This document shows, piece by piece, positions 37,001-50,098 of a DNA stretch of 64,000 bases. The translations under genes were made by a program, and so were the position numbers. The DNA is from Phoronis australis. Lineage: Eukaryota > Animalia > Phoronida. The stretch's first letter is position 1, and each line of letters starts with the position of its first letter. Where the stretch lies: positions 1 through 64,000 of the forward strand of contig NMRA01000475.1 in NCBI GenBank assembly GCA_002633005.1, written 5' to 3'. The notes beneath the pieces are model-generated. The model had not been told where the DNA came from. It worked only from the letters and a program-made list of their open reading frames with translations, and ran no database searches.

Positions 37001-38369
37001 TCAGAACTTTCCGCGCATAGTTACCACAAGCGAATGTTTTTAATCAAGACATGGCGGTAGGAAGCTGGGAGGTCGGGGATTTTTGAAGTGCAAGTTTAGG
37101 CTAACTCACCAAATTTAACAATCAATTTCAGGTAAAAAGGCCACTGGCCCATATTACAAAGCATAACATAAAAGCAACTATATGCCCATGTGCAAAATAT
37201 TACAGTTTGACAATAGATTCTCGTCTTTTTCAGATTTTAATAAAAATACAAAGGTTTCTTAACTCTTTTTTACTGTTTGTTTTCATTATATTTACAAAAA
37301 TATCGTCGACTATATTTCTGATAGCAGGAAAGTATTTTTAGCGCAGATCATTATACATTAAGACACAAAAAAATGAATTTCAGTTTCAACTCAGTTAATT
37401 CACAACAAATGCACATCCTTTGTGAATGCAGTAGACGTTCTTCTACCTGCTGTTGACATTAAGCTGGATTGAGCATATCTGGATCAGACGAAGCTAGATA
37501 ACTGAATGAAGTTTTCAACATGAGATACATAATATTCTACAATTAATTAATTTTTTTAGCAATCGTGGGCGTGGCAAAGTGAATTAGACATATTTTGCCA
37601 ACCTGAAATACCCTCCAAGAAATTGCCGTTTCCGCGGTGAATTTTGACTCTGGTTAGTGAAATTCGGTCATCAGTTCTAAATCATTTACAGACCGCTGCA
37701 TATCGGGCAACCGTGTTTCAACAGGGGATTTTGAAAAGGTCCTAAGCAGTCTACTTGGTACTCCAAACCGCGCTCTTTCAAAGAGAACTTTCCCAACACT
37801 GGACCCTAATAAAGTGAATATTGGCCTTATGCCTCAAGAAAAAACATGAAATTATAACCGAAGTTTTCGAGAAGATGCTCCATCATCCGAATTCTAAAAT
37901 AATGAAGTTTCCCATATTTTACAAGACGTGGTAGAAGTTTCTTACGTTACTTTTACTCCACCTAGTGACTGCTTTGTGCAGTGTATCGTTTTGATGCTCT
38001 AGAAGGACAGAATCAAATCTTGAACGCGCCGGTAACGTGCTCAGGTCTATAAAGTGACTTTTCTCATGAGATTTTGTTGAAACACCCAGGTTTCTGATGA
38101 CCAACTCCCAGAGGGGTCAGTCTCAGAAACAGCAAAATCCGCACGCGGAGTGGGGGAATGGGGTGGGGTGTCAAATTGGCGACGGCCACTAAGGATGCGG
38201 AAGTGGTGGCGATCTGGAAACTGAAATTTGGGTAGGCCTACACGGAAGGGCGACAAACTTTTGACGAAGTTGTGTTAATTTGTGCCCCCCAATAATGTTC
38301 ACCCTCCTGAAGGACTGCAAAATATAGCATGGCATATCTAATAGTGTCGGGAACAAAAATCGCCGGGGT

Positions 38370-38520
38370 AAAGTTCAGTGATGAGAACCTCGCTAAAAAA
38401 CAAGTTTTCGTGAGATTACGTGAGATATTGCCGAGTATTTTAAATAAGAACACGATATTTTGGCTAGACTTAAGTTTTAGCGAGGTCCGAAGCGTTGATC
38501 CCAGCGTTACTGAACTCTAC
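38370..38520. mobile_element. Second copy of the 30997-31150 MITE
   Basis: The internal gtgagattacgtgagatattgcc is the near reverse complement of ~31073-31096, and the TIR-like ends are the same. Confidence 0.7.
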
Positions 38521-39615
38521 CCAGGATTCAAAACTTAGACCAAGAGAGTGGCAAAATTGCCGCCTTGTCCATAACCTTACAATAAGCTCTATAGTCATGC
38601 ACGCCGACAACCACCACGAGGCCTTACGAACTTCAGGATATTTCCTGCGGTGTAGCAACAGATTCGGCCAAGACAAGTAGGGCAAAACTGAACCTTGCTT
38701 CTTCTCTCGCAAAAGGTTTAACCATTTCAGACGAAACATTACTTTTTAACGCGAGCAGTGTAAAAATGGCCAGTTGCCGATTTGGGCAACTGACCGGGCG
38801 AAGAACTGTTCGAAAAAAGTTTGAATACGGTTGTATTTGTTTGAGTTGCAAGGAATTAAGACATCAACGGCCTCTTGAGTGTCCCTCTGTGACTTTGATC
38901 GTTTAACCAGTGTGAGGCATCGCCGCCGGACTAAAGCCTCCGGCGTGTGGAGGGCCTATGGGTTGGCAACCGTTTCTACTGCGTTCAGCTGAGACGGAGG
39001 TACTGTCTACGACCATTTATGTTATTGTAACTGGGCTACATTTTTATTGACTTCCTAACTCGTAAATTTATCTGATTACAAAGATCTTTGAAGGGTTTTC
39101 CTTGGCCGGGGTTTCTCGGACAACTGTCAAACGCAGCACGTTTATGTTAACCGGATTTTTACGGAGCAAATGCAATATGAAATTTAAACATAGAACGATG
39201 TTGTACCCTTGAAAACATATCAATTTGTAATCCGAAGTTATACAACTGCAGTTTTATCTTGCTCAAAGGCTTTTAGATGACGATTTTCATATTAACCAGA
39301 TCTCAGTTTCTTGGTACTCTCCAATCGGTATGTCCTTTCACTAAATTATTTCGATGTTCTCCGCTGCAGCCACATTTTCAAATCTGCCTTTTTCTCTAAA
39401 GTTTAGTTTTTCGACGGTCAAAGGCAGCTTCATAATCGCTTTAGATAAAAATAAAAATATTGAGAGTCAAACATTGATTTCTGCACATTTTGAGAGGTTT
39501 ATATTGTTCATTTCCATATCATGAGAGGATAGAAAATTTATGCAGGTATTTGGACGCTATGACACTGAAGCGAGTATGACACAACGAAACAAAACGGGCA
39601 TGCTAAACATACAAC

Positions 39616-39621
39616 TTTATT
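39616..39621 (-). terminator. AATAAA, candidate distal polyA signal of the SBP2-like gene
   Basis: tttatt at the end of a long T-rich (minus-strand) UTR-like stretch. Confidence 0.4.
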
Positions 39622-42600
39622 TGTGAAACGTTTGAAACAGTTCGGAGACAACTGAACAGTCAACTCACAACATATTTGTATTCCGTTTAAATACACAGTC
39701 GCAGCGAAAACGTACACTTAGATGTTTTGGGATGCCAAAGCTACAATGTTGGCTTTTTCAACTCGTCACGGGCGATCAACTACACTATCCTATTCAGCGC
39801 ACGTTTTCGCATCAACTGCATTCCATAGACGATCAGCATAACATGTAAAATCCCCGTCACATGTATATATAAATATATATACATATAAGTATATTTCAGT
39901 AAAAAAATGAAATCTTCAAGCTAGCATAGAAGAATTTTCTTTCAGGGAACAATGCAAATAAATTGTGAAGGAAACAAGCTTCACCAGACACAGTGTCATA
40001 AAAAGGCTCAGCGTTTCTCTAAACTCAACGTCCGGCCTGTGTGTATTTGAATGAAGCATACAGGAATTACTCAACTGTTGGCGCGAGTACCGGCGTTCAA
40101 ATACAAGCAGGTAGGCCAATGATGACTTTCTTTCCCCCGTCCAAAAAAAGGAACCATTGCTAAACCCTTGAGTCAGGTTTCTAGCTCATCAGCTCGGTTT
40201 CAACTATATATTAATAAAGCATAAAAATGGTTCCAGGTGATCAGTGCAATGGGCCCACGTGCACGCCCTGCGCACTTCTGGTACAACGTATACCAGACCG
40301 CCTGGAACTATATATTATATATTTTAGAAGCAGCTTCAGGTTTTAGGATGTATACATCTACCATTTTTAGGTTTATAATAGCTACTAGAAAAACACGCTG
40401 AGGTGAGGTCTTGAGTTTGTCTAGTTGTCCTCTTGGACTGGGTGTTGGTTGCAGTGAATTCCGGACACTGCCGAGGTCCGATAAGGTATTTCTGCACACT
40501 ACGAATATTCAGCGGAGGTCTGGCTTGGTGTTTTTGCAATAACCAGACACTCTCTCAATGTCCATTTCTCAACGCTATTCTTAAATAAAACTACTGTACC
40601 AAAATTCTTTGATGGTGCTGCTTGGGAAAGACATCAGTCAAATTAATAAACATAGCAGTAGCACAAAAACTGAAACATTTGATTTCGTCTGGGCAAACAA
40701 AATTGCTAATAAGCAATCATTGAAACAAAGAACAGCATACAGAGGCTAGAGCTAAGTATCACAGTTAAAAGTTATTAATAACGGTGCAACAAGTAGTACA
40801 GAACATCACATCACTTGCATACAAAGCAGTCAAACTTGAACAGTATTTAATGACACCGACTCAGGGTAACATTCGATTACCAACCTTGATAAGTTGATAT
40901 CATATCTAGAAATAAATAACAACTTGGCACAAGACATAGCCCTTCATGCATAAGTGGAATATTTTAAGGTTATCTCAAACCTTATTTAGTGGCCTCCATT
41001 CTAAATGTATATCAAAAAACCCAGGCTTTGTCAACCAGTAAAAGTATATATTTTCTGAAAGAAAAAAGATCAGGGATGACAAAAACTATGTTTTATATTT
41101 ATGTGCTATTATTGTTATGACCTTAATACCTTTTGTTAAGCCAAAATTTCATTTTTAAGAGAGGTACATTCATAGCAAAATAACCCCATGGTTGATTCTA
41201 AAGAAACATTTTTTAAAAGAAAATTTCACCAGATACCTAAAAAATGCTGTTAGGTATTTTTAATTATGTCTTTTAGTTTGGTTTCTAAGACAAATTAACT
41301 CACAAAACGTAAGGTATTTTTGAAAAATAGCAGTCGCAATCGTCTTTGTTTTATTACACAAAAAGTAGACCTTTGCATAAAAATCCCAACAGCTTTTTGA
41401 GATTGATGAATAAATATTAAGTTTGAAAAGTTCAGCGAAATCCACCAAGCCATTTTCGAAAACTCCTGTTCTTGAGTTGAATTAAGTCGATTTACCAAGC
41501 GGAGAAAAACCCGAGGGAAAAGCCATTTAAGATGTGAGATGTGAATATCTGAAGGTATTGGGTTAATTATTTGGCAAAAGCTTCTTTTCGGTCAACATAA
41601 CCTAAAAACGCCTTTAACAAGTTTGCTATTTCAACATTCACTGCAATATCAACTGAATTTGCAGTGCATAATTAACTTCATTAGCACTAAAACGTTTTAA
41701 TTTTGTACATGAGGTTTCATATACCTGGTGTAAACTAGGTCAGAAGGCAGAGCCAGCAGTAAGTAGGCCAACAGTTCAATGTATTCACACCACGTTCAGG
41801 GGAGAATGATATCAAGAAACCAAGTTCAAAATCCACAATAAAAATTGAGTTGGTGGTTAAAGCCCGCTGTGAGCACGAGATCAAAACAGCAAAATGTCAA
41901 ATTACCTATCAAATTTGAATTTTGGGGAGGATTTATCGTTTTTAACAACTTGCAGTGTCAATGAACACTGTCACAAAGGCCTTTCAGCGATTGGCACTCT
42001 GTGCATTTAGTTCTCAACCATCGAATGCATGCAGACCTACAACTCCCTCCCAATAAAAACTACCTTTACCTCGTTTTCGGGGGACTGGTGAATGAAAAGA
42101 CTGAGGGTACATACAAAATGGCTCTATGCCTGGCGCCAAGACATTCACTTTGAGTGACAGTCCTGTAACCTTTGACCTCGGATAAGTAGTTATGGTAATA
42201 ATAAATTTCGTAGCTGTTGAAAGTAGTTGCACTACATCTTTTTCTTCCTGTCACATGGTATATATTTCGCTTTTGAAGTTCCCGGAGGTATTTTGCTAGA
42301 CACCTGAAATATTGTAAAAACAGCCAATTTTTGTGAATAAAGTTTGAGATATCATTAAATACAATTCCCAACAATGTTTTGGAGAACAATGCATAAAGCG
42401 TTGTATCTGAAATTTGATATAAATGCAATCAGCCCTCTTACATGGCCTTATGCTATGAAGTTTCAATAAAGTCTAATGGCTAACAACTTGGCACGAGACA
42501 TTAATGGAGACATGCACCTGCGACCATAATATCAAACAGAAAATAAACATCTTCAAAACACACAATTTTACTGAATAACTTACACTAAGAAAAAACAAGA

Positions 42601-42718
42601 AGGGACAAAACAATTCGCGAAAAAGACAAAAAGACATACCCTGATTTATAACCCACCAACCTATATCAAATCATTTGTCATGTACTTCCAAATTGTTCAC
42701 AAACAACAGTTTACAAAG

Positions 42719-42767
42719 AAACCAGTACCTTAACTGTACAAACCAGTACCTTAACTGTACAAACCAG
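42719..42767. repeat. 21-bp tandem repeat x2.3 in the 3'UTR
   Basis: aaaccagtaccttaactgtac repeated. Confidence 0.8.
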
Positions 42768-42947
42768 CTAGCTACAGTATTTTACAAACAAAAATCAAAA
42801 AGTACTGACGGCAAAAACCACATTGAGATCACTCAAAAGAAGACTTATTGGCAATTCACAATTCTCCTACACACTATTTGCTCAAAAATATATTTCTATC
42901 AAGTTAAAAATCACAGATCGATTGACAACTAGATGTGTACCATCATC

Positions 42948-43904
42948 TCAGCTAACTGCCGACTTTGCCAAGTCTTTTGCACCAGTCTCCGCTGAGAGCT
43001 TTATTTCTTCCATGGCAGTTGCCGTTTCCGCGACCCACGACTCTATACGATCATTGTTCACAGCTTTACTCTTCTGACACCCGAGGGCGACACCGTTCAT
43101 GGTGGACACTGCTTCCTCCAGACTTTGCTTTACAGTTCTCTCAGCCAGAGTGCTTACCTCGCCAAGTGTCTTTGACGAGTGTGTTGACAACACCTCCGTT
43201 GTGCTCAGCTCAGCTGTTCGACTCGAATGCTGTGAAAGTATCTCAGAGCTAAGATCCAATGAAGCTGAGTGGATTGAGTCAATGTGTGGTAACTCCTCGG
43301 TGCCCGAGTCTGTGTGAGTTTCCACAAATTTCATGGTCCTGTCTTTAAACCGGGATTCCTCGCTGCGGGTTTCACCCCATGATGACTTTCCAGGTGGGTC
43401 ATTCATGTCTTCTGTGTCAGCCTCATGGCCCTCATCTATGTCATGCATAAATGAAGCTTTGTCCGGTGACGTCTCTCGACTGTCCACAGAAATGTCAGAG
43501 CCAGCGCTCTCGCGTGGTGATGTGGCCACTCCACCACCAGTGTCCTCACAGCTACCATGTATTTCTACACTGTCTTGCACCAATTCGGCAGCGTCGACTG
43601 CCGTATGACCCGTGTATGAGTTCTGCAGTGTAGCCCCGCCCACTTCATTACCTTTGCTATCCGTCTCGGGCTCTGAGTGGGGATAGTTCTCACTTATTGG
43701 CTCTGACAGGATACTGCTGCTGAAGGAGATGGCGCTACTTGCCGACGGTGTTCGTGAGTGTCCCATGTGCGCGAGCATCATAGAGCTGCTGGACGAACGA
43801 CCCATGTAGTTGTTGTCTTGCGACTCCTTTTCCAAGATGGCCACCATGTCTTTGTAGGCCTGGCGGGCTTTAACAGTCAACTCCATCAGTTTCTTGAAGT
43901 GCTC
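42948..43904 (-). CDS. SECISBP2L: SBP2-like last coding exon (EHFKKLMELTVKARQAYKDMV...; acidic/Ser-rich tail)
   Basis: ttgcag acceptor; ORF 42948-43916; TGA stop; SBP2L-like GHSRTPSASSAISF...SEPISE motif. Confidence 0.9.
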   Translation of the reverse strand, partial: EHFKKLMELTVKARQAYKDMVAILEKESQDNNYMGRSSSSSMMLAHMGHSRTPSASSAISFSSSILSEPISENYPHSEPETDSKGNEVGGATLQNSYTGHTAVDAAELVQDSVEIHGSCEDTGGGVATSPRESAGSDISVDSRETSPDKASFMHDIDEGHEADTEDMNDPPGKSSWGETRSEESRFKDRTMKFVETHTDSGTEELPHIDSIHSASLDLSSEILSQHSSRTAELSTTEVLSTHSSKTLGEVSTLAERTVKQSLEEAVSTMNGVALGCQKSKAVNNDRIESWVAETATAMEEIKLSAETGAKDLAKSAVS

Positions 43905-44601
43905 CTGCAAACACACTCACATGTAATACATCGACGGTCAAGTAACTTTTTCAATGATCAATTCATAATCATCTAGTATACATGTACATGAACACAGTGA
44001 TGAGAATCCATTAGTGGCCAGATTTCACGATGAGGAGAAATGCAAAGTCTACTAAAAAATAAATCACCACGATGCCTCTCTTTTGTATTAATCCATTAAC
44101 TGAGAAACGGAAACAAACCATACCATCGTTGTTAAATTGCTCTCCTAATTTCTGTACCTCTGTCAAAAAAATTCAGTACGCTGTGAATATCATATATGCA
44201 CGTATTCAGGCTCACATCCGAAATAATGCCTGGAATATTGCTCAGGTATTTATATATAGTCACATGTGCCTATATTCCACTCCCAGTTAGGGGCAGCAAC
44301 GAAACATGTGTGCAAACGTTAATCAGGGTGTTTCACTTTTTTCATTTTAGTCCAGTTTAGCTACTTTTCGTTAATATTCCAGATATGGGCGTAGGTCCAC
44401 ACCGCGACGCATGGGCCTAAATACACGCATGTACGGCAATTCAACCAGATTCGAACTGACCAGACGTTCTATTCATGATGATTGAGAGTTATGGCGCATG
44501 AATATAACAACAATGGAGCAACATTTTCCAACCATGGACGTTTTTAATGTTCTTCATACTAAGATTTTGTATTTTTCATATTGTGATAAGTTACACAAGT
44601 A

Positions 44602-44724
44602 AGCTCAGCAGAACTGTGTATGAATAATAACAGCTCAGCAGAACTGTGTATGAATAGTAACAGCTCAGCAGAACTGTGTATGAATAGTAACAGCTCAGCA
44701 GAACTGTGTATGAATAATAACAGC
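44602..44724. repeat. 30-bp minisatellite x4
   Basis: cagctcagcagaactgtgtatgaataRtaa repeated. Confidence 0.95.
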
Positions 44725-44916
44725 TGTAGCCTAAGTTACATCCTCCACACACACACACACACACTTGTTACTAAAAAACACAGAGTGTATTTCAATAGAT
44801 TATGTATTCTTCATTATATGATTATGACCTGACATTGTTGGACAGCAAATGATAATTAGAAACACTTTTGCAGGCAGCCATGACACCTAGGTTACAACGT
44901 CGTTGCATTCACCTAC

Positions 44917-45071
44917 CTCAGCACCGTCAAAGTTAAAGATACCGGCCACACTGACCGGAACTAGCTTGGCACAGGCGCGGCCCAGAGCCCGCCGCCCCAG
45001 GGCAAACACAAATGGAATATTCTGCTCTGAGCACAAGTAAATGATGTTATTCAGAGCTTCATCCAATCCGC
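44917..45071 (-). CDS. SECISBP2L: SBP2-like exon (L7Ae domain, C-terminal half)
   Basis: ttttag / gtaggt; GGLDEALNNIIYLCSEQNIPFVFALGRRALGRACAKLVPVSVAGIFNFDGAE. Confidence 0.95.
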
Positions 45072-45558
45072 CTAAAATGAACAAAGGATATTAGCACCTA
45101 CATTTCTGTGACATCAACTCGTTTAGAATTCAACCTGAACTCTAGTTTCTCCCAGCAAACAAAGGGGGTGGCCACTGTTTTTGCTTCTGAGGATGTTTTA
45201 ATAAATGCTGAAACATGTCAAGCCAATTTAAATCCATCGTTGTTTCCATCAACATATGCTGCTACTTGCTATCATGGAGAAAATAAAGGAAGCTACTACA
45301 ATGTTAACCTATAATAACAGCGACACAAAATCAGGTCCCTCGGTCACCTTTGAAGAATGGTGCCTGTGCATTTTGACAGATTTTTTCCCAAAGAAGGAAA
45401 ATTCCTACCCTCTTATGAGAACTCTCAACAATTCCATGAATATGCATTTTGCAATGTGGATGTATGTGATAGATATCAATTACTTCAACTTCAGCTGTGT
45501 CAGAGAAGCAAGCATGAGGTATGTAAACCCCTTTGTTACTGAGGGTCACAATTCTTAT

Positions 45559-46525
45559 AACAAGAACAACGCAGAGCGTTGAAATGCACCCATGACTGCA
45601 ACACAACGTATGTGCTTCTATAGGTGTTTTTAGTACCATAAAAATGGCCATTAGATGGCGCACAATACGTCGAACCCGTCTGAAATTGGGAAGGTGTCAT
45701 CGTCTCTATAATAAAAGACTATTTCCAAAATTTCATGAAAATCTGCCAGAGGCAGACATAAAAAGACGAATTGTCATTAGGAGGCATAGTGGTAGTTGAA
45801 TCCATTCATCTGCAGTAAAGTTAATAGGAATACACTTGCCAAATTGTGATCTTGCAAGGGGTTAGTTAGATACTGTCACACATGTGAAAAATGTGACCAT
45901 AGTAGATGGACCCATCTGAAAATTCATGCCAGTCATGCTCTTGTCAGTAGGAACACATCTGCCAGTTCTGGTAACAATTCTCTGAGTGGTTTGGTGGATA
46001 CAGAAGAAGAGGGCAAAAAACAGACAGAATCAAAATGGTCACTAGGTGGTGCAGAATATGTCGAATCCATCCAAAAATGGAAAAAAGCCGTCGTCTTCAT
46101 AAAAGAAACTTCATGACAAAACATCATAGGGCTCCAAAGATACAGAGGCAAAGGTAAAAAAATAAAATTACCACAAGGGGGTACAGAGGTAGTCATAGAA
46201 GTTCAAAAAATTGTGAGCAGTCATTGTCACATTTATAGGAAAACACAGATACATCCTGCAAAGGAATTAGGAGCTACAGCCATGGTCACAAAAACAAAAT
46301 CACCACAAGGGGGCGCAAATCCAGTCGAAAATCAACGTCAGCCATGGTCTTCTCATCAGGAACACAACAACTCAAAATGATTCTTTAAGCTGTTTTGCGG
46401 ACAGAGGCAGAGCAGGCAGACGCTATAAAACGAACTCGAAATGATTAAAAATGGCCACTAGATGGCGCAGAATGTGGAATCCATCTAAGGCATCATTGTC
46501 CCCTTAATAAAAACCTATATGCCAA
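45559..46525. mobile_element. HINE/Helentron-associated element, truncated, with ~150-bp internal subrepeats
   Basis: Starts aacaagaaCAACGCagaGCGTTG; repeated ccactagRtggcgc-type motifs; homologous to 58913-60677. Confidence 0.7.
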
Positions 46526-46602
46526 CTAAACTTGTTCCACAATTTAGAATTTTGTAAGAGATAACACAAACTCATATCGGTACGACCAGGAGACTCACTC
46601 AC

Positions 46603-46717
46603 CTTTAGACTGGATTCTCTCCAAGTTGGGAGATATTATGACACACTTGATCTTCTTTAATTTGAGGTGCTTCGTGACTTCGCGCAGTCCCAGAACTATA
46701 CGACGTTTAGATTTAGC
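46603..46717 (-). CDS. SECISBP2L: SBP2-like exon (L7Ae domain)
   Basis: ttgtag / gtgagt; AKSKRRIVLGLREVTKHLKLKKIKCVIISPNLERIQSK. Confidence 0.95.
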
Positions 46718-46748
46718 CTACAAAGTTGCAGTGACAATTAGGCGAGCC

Positions 46749-46784
46749 AACAACAATAACAACAGTAACAACAGTAACAACAGT

Positions 46785-46828
<44 letters not shown>
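46749..46828. repeat. (AAC)n microsatellite
   Basis: Direct inspection. Confidence 0.95.
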
Positions 46829-46830
<2 letters not shown>

Positions 46831-47739
46831 GAATAGTCAAATGTAATCACTGATAAGCTAGATTCAGAAATTAAGTTTATAAATTAATTATAGAAAGGAG
46901 ACATAGTCGTGTACATAACATTCATTAAGGGCAGCTAGTCACTTAATCAGTTAACGTCGAAATTGGTCAGATGTTTTACACTCTAATTTCAATATGTTAT
47001 GCCGTGACAAGCCAACGTGCAAAGCCTCATCTCGAGCAATAATGAACTATCAATTATTTCCAAGCCCTCAAACCACCCCAAACATTTTTAATCAAAAGTA
47101 ATTAGTGCAAGTGAACAACCATTACGAAATTAAAGTAAAAAATGTAATATATTTCTGTTGACTACTTTAACATATATTGATAATTTGGTTATCAGTGACC
47201 AAAGTGTTCTAAACATTATCTATTGGTAATTAGGTATCCCACTTAAGTGTTTTACACATTGTAAAACAAAGATTATTAACTGTAGCTAAATGCCAAAATT
47301 TCTCTTAAAATTCATTATACATTTTTGGTATGAAAAACGCATGTCACAAATGTACTGTTTATGCCATGTACCATTTGTATTGTGACATGGCACAACTGAA
47401 AAAATCTCACATGGAAGATTCAAATGTCACATATGTGAGAATGCATAGTTCCATGTGAGAAATGTCATTTGTCACATGGAACGTAAGTTTTTGAAAGTTA
47501 ATTACAATAGTTTAAAAAATCATTGTGGCAAAGTAAATATTGAAATGAAATCACAATTAAAAAACTGTCTATTGTACCCACTGTCAATTGAATTGAGCAA
47601 ACCATTTTTTGTAAAAACTTTGTGAAAATCTCATATTATTTTGGAATGCGTTTCAAGTAATTACACTGAACACAGACATCTCCTTGACAACAACACCTTT
47701 TTTGTTAGAACCACTAAGTGAATATCAATAAAACCTCAC

Positions 47740-47845
47740 CTTGGCAGGGTCTTTGAAGAATAAGCGGTCTTGGAAACGAACTAGTTCTTGTAGTAACAGC
47801 GTGCAGCAGCTATCAATGTCCTTGTCCAGAATCTGATTGCAATAT
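47740..47845 (-). CDS. SECISBP2L: SBP2-like exon
   Basis: ttgcag / gtgagg; YCNQILDKDIDSCCTLLLQELVRFQDRLFFKDPAK. Confidence 0.95.
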
Positions 47846-49896
47846 CTGCAAGAATCAAGCCCAACAATCATCAACTGTTTCTTTGTCTGTAACTGCACAC
47901 ATTATAGCCAGATTAGTGGAAGCTGTACATACCATTCCATCAAGCACGTAAACAAGAAAACATACTAGCTTCCTAAGACCAAAAAGGAAACTTGATTCTA
48001 AAAACGGCTGCAGTAAGTACAGCATTTGCTGTAACATGAAATAAGGAAGACGGACTCAGCCAAATAAGGCCAAAAGTATTCAGACAAAATGACCCTGAAT
48101 TCCCCCCATCAGGAAGATTGAGTGAATGCCGAATTCACCAACAGAATAGTCTTCCCACATGACCGAGAATGACAGAGAATTAACAGGAAAGTTAGTAAGG
48201 TGGCTAAGTCATACTGTAATTAGAATTTTGCCGCCCTTATAGTTATTACAAGTATCTTTAGTCATCACGAAAGGAAAACTGTATTTAGTCTGATTACTTT
48301 TGCCTTATTCTGTAAACTGCTGCTGCTGTATGTTGGATTTCTTTTGATTTGGTGCAGGTAGGTGCTTGACAAAAGACAGGCAATTGCTGAGTACAAGGCA
48401 AACCTTCGCCTGGAAGCTCACAGTCCATAACATAGAAAGACGATCAAATAGTTTGGCCATTTGCCCCATCCATTAGCAAAGTGTATTCTGTTCAGTTTAC
48501 TTTGAGTTTTTAATCTTTTAGTTTGAATATTGCCAAACAAGCATTGCTGTTATGGGAAATGTAATTCAGATTTGTGCTACAATATGTCCCATCGCGTTTT
48601 GTACTAATTTCATTCTGTGTATTTTAATCGGGCGATAGGTGAAATAGTTTTCACCTCATCAAAAATACATTCTGTACTTAAAACTGTCACTTAAAAGTGC
48701 TTACTTTCTTCAGTCATCCTTTCTGCTTCTAAACATATCTTCAAAGAAGCATAGCTATGAGAATTCAGGTGACTTTGGCAAAGAATTCCAACTCCTCTAT
48801 TAAGTTAACGTTAACTTTTTCACCGCGCACACGATAACCACAAAGTATTTCAACTGGGTCAGGTGAGTATGAGTCAAAGGCTAGCGCGAGACTGAGGGAA
48901 GCATGTGACCTGGCGCGTGACACTTGCAAAATAGCATGGGAAGATATCAAGTAAAATTTCTAAGATTTGTGTCCCTTGGACTTATTGTTCGTCAACAGGC
49001 GTGATTTCACGTAACTTCCTCAAAATGGCGCCCGGTGAGAGTAACTTGAGTGAACTGCGAGATTTTCATGGATATATTCAAGTTATTTGTTGACTAAATT
49101 GTATCCAGAGTCATGGTATGTGTTAATTATAACACCATGTGCTATATGCATGTTTGATTTGATTTTGTTTGCTGTATTTTAAAATGAGTGACTTTTTATA
49201 AGGATATACTATCGCCCCTGTATGCCAGTGACATTCATGCCTAGTACGGTCGAGTTCCAATTTGGAGTCCGTCCACATCTTTGCAGAACATAACAAGTTC
49301 ATCTTTTCTTCGTCCCTTCACAGTTATTTCACATCCATCTACCATCTCTTAAGTTGTGTTAACATTTTAAGCGTAAAATTCTCCATAAGAACTCCAGAAA
49401 GATTTAGCGTGTGTAGCAAAGACTCGGGGCAAAACAAGGGCAATATGGCAGGCTTTGTCCTACTTCAGGTGATGTCACATTGAACAACTGGAAACTCGCA
49501 AGTAAGCTATTTATAAAATACTACACATCAGACGTTCACATTTTCCTCTTGCTGTAGTGATACGGCATGCGTTTGACGAAACAAGTTGATGGTTCAAACG
49601 ATTGAGGCAATGTGGAGACAACGTTAAATAGAAGCTCAAAATTCATTTGATGATGCAGGTGAAACAGTTGTCCTATTTAAACAAATGCCTGCATTCAGAA
49701 AGTTACGCGACACCCTTGTTCACGAATGCCCCAATACAAGTGAACAGCCTTCTCACTCTAGTTAGGGAATAATAACTAAGAGGACCTGTCTCTTCATTTG
49801 CAAGGTTTAGTAGTAAACAGTCTCTTGAATAATGGCCACAAAATGAACAAGAAAGCCCATTAATAGAACAGTTAATGTAATAACATAAGCACTCAC

Positions 49897-50098
49897 TCTC
49901 TGAAGCGGCGACTATGTATCTTTAGTGAGGCCTCTGGCACACGGAAGCCGAGGCCAGCGACAGGGCTGTTGATGCCAGAGTTGAGAGGGCTGACAGAGAG
50001 GGGGCTCATGATGATTGGTGACGTCTGACTGATGGGCGAGAGATCAGCGCTGGCAGTCATGTCCACGCTGCTTGCCATGGAGGCCTTAGAACTCAAGG
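49897..50098 (-). CDS. SECISBP2L: SBP2-like exon (ends KIHSRRFRE)
   Basis: ttgcag / gtgagt; conserved IHSRRFR motif; phases 1/2. Confidence 0.9.

Noticed and set aside
39616-42950. Autoregulatory SECIS in the SBP2-like 3'UTR, or Sec readthrough of its TGA stop
   Set aside because: The minus-strand ATGA sites I inspected (~39997, 40188, 40679, 40945, 41171) lacked the AUGA/GA quartet with a paired helix II. Readthrough would add only ~21 unremarkable residues.
42965-43976. Plus-strand ORFs overlapping the SBP2-like last exon (and likewise those over 18527-20547)
   Set aside because: They are antisense shadows of real coding exons.
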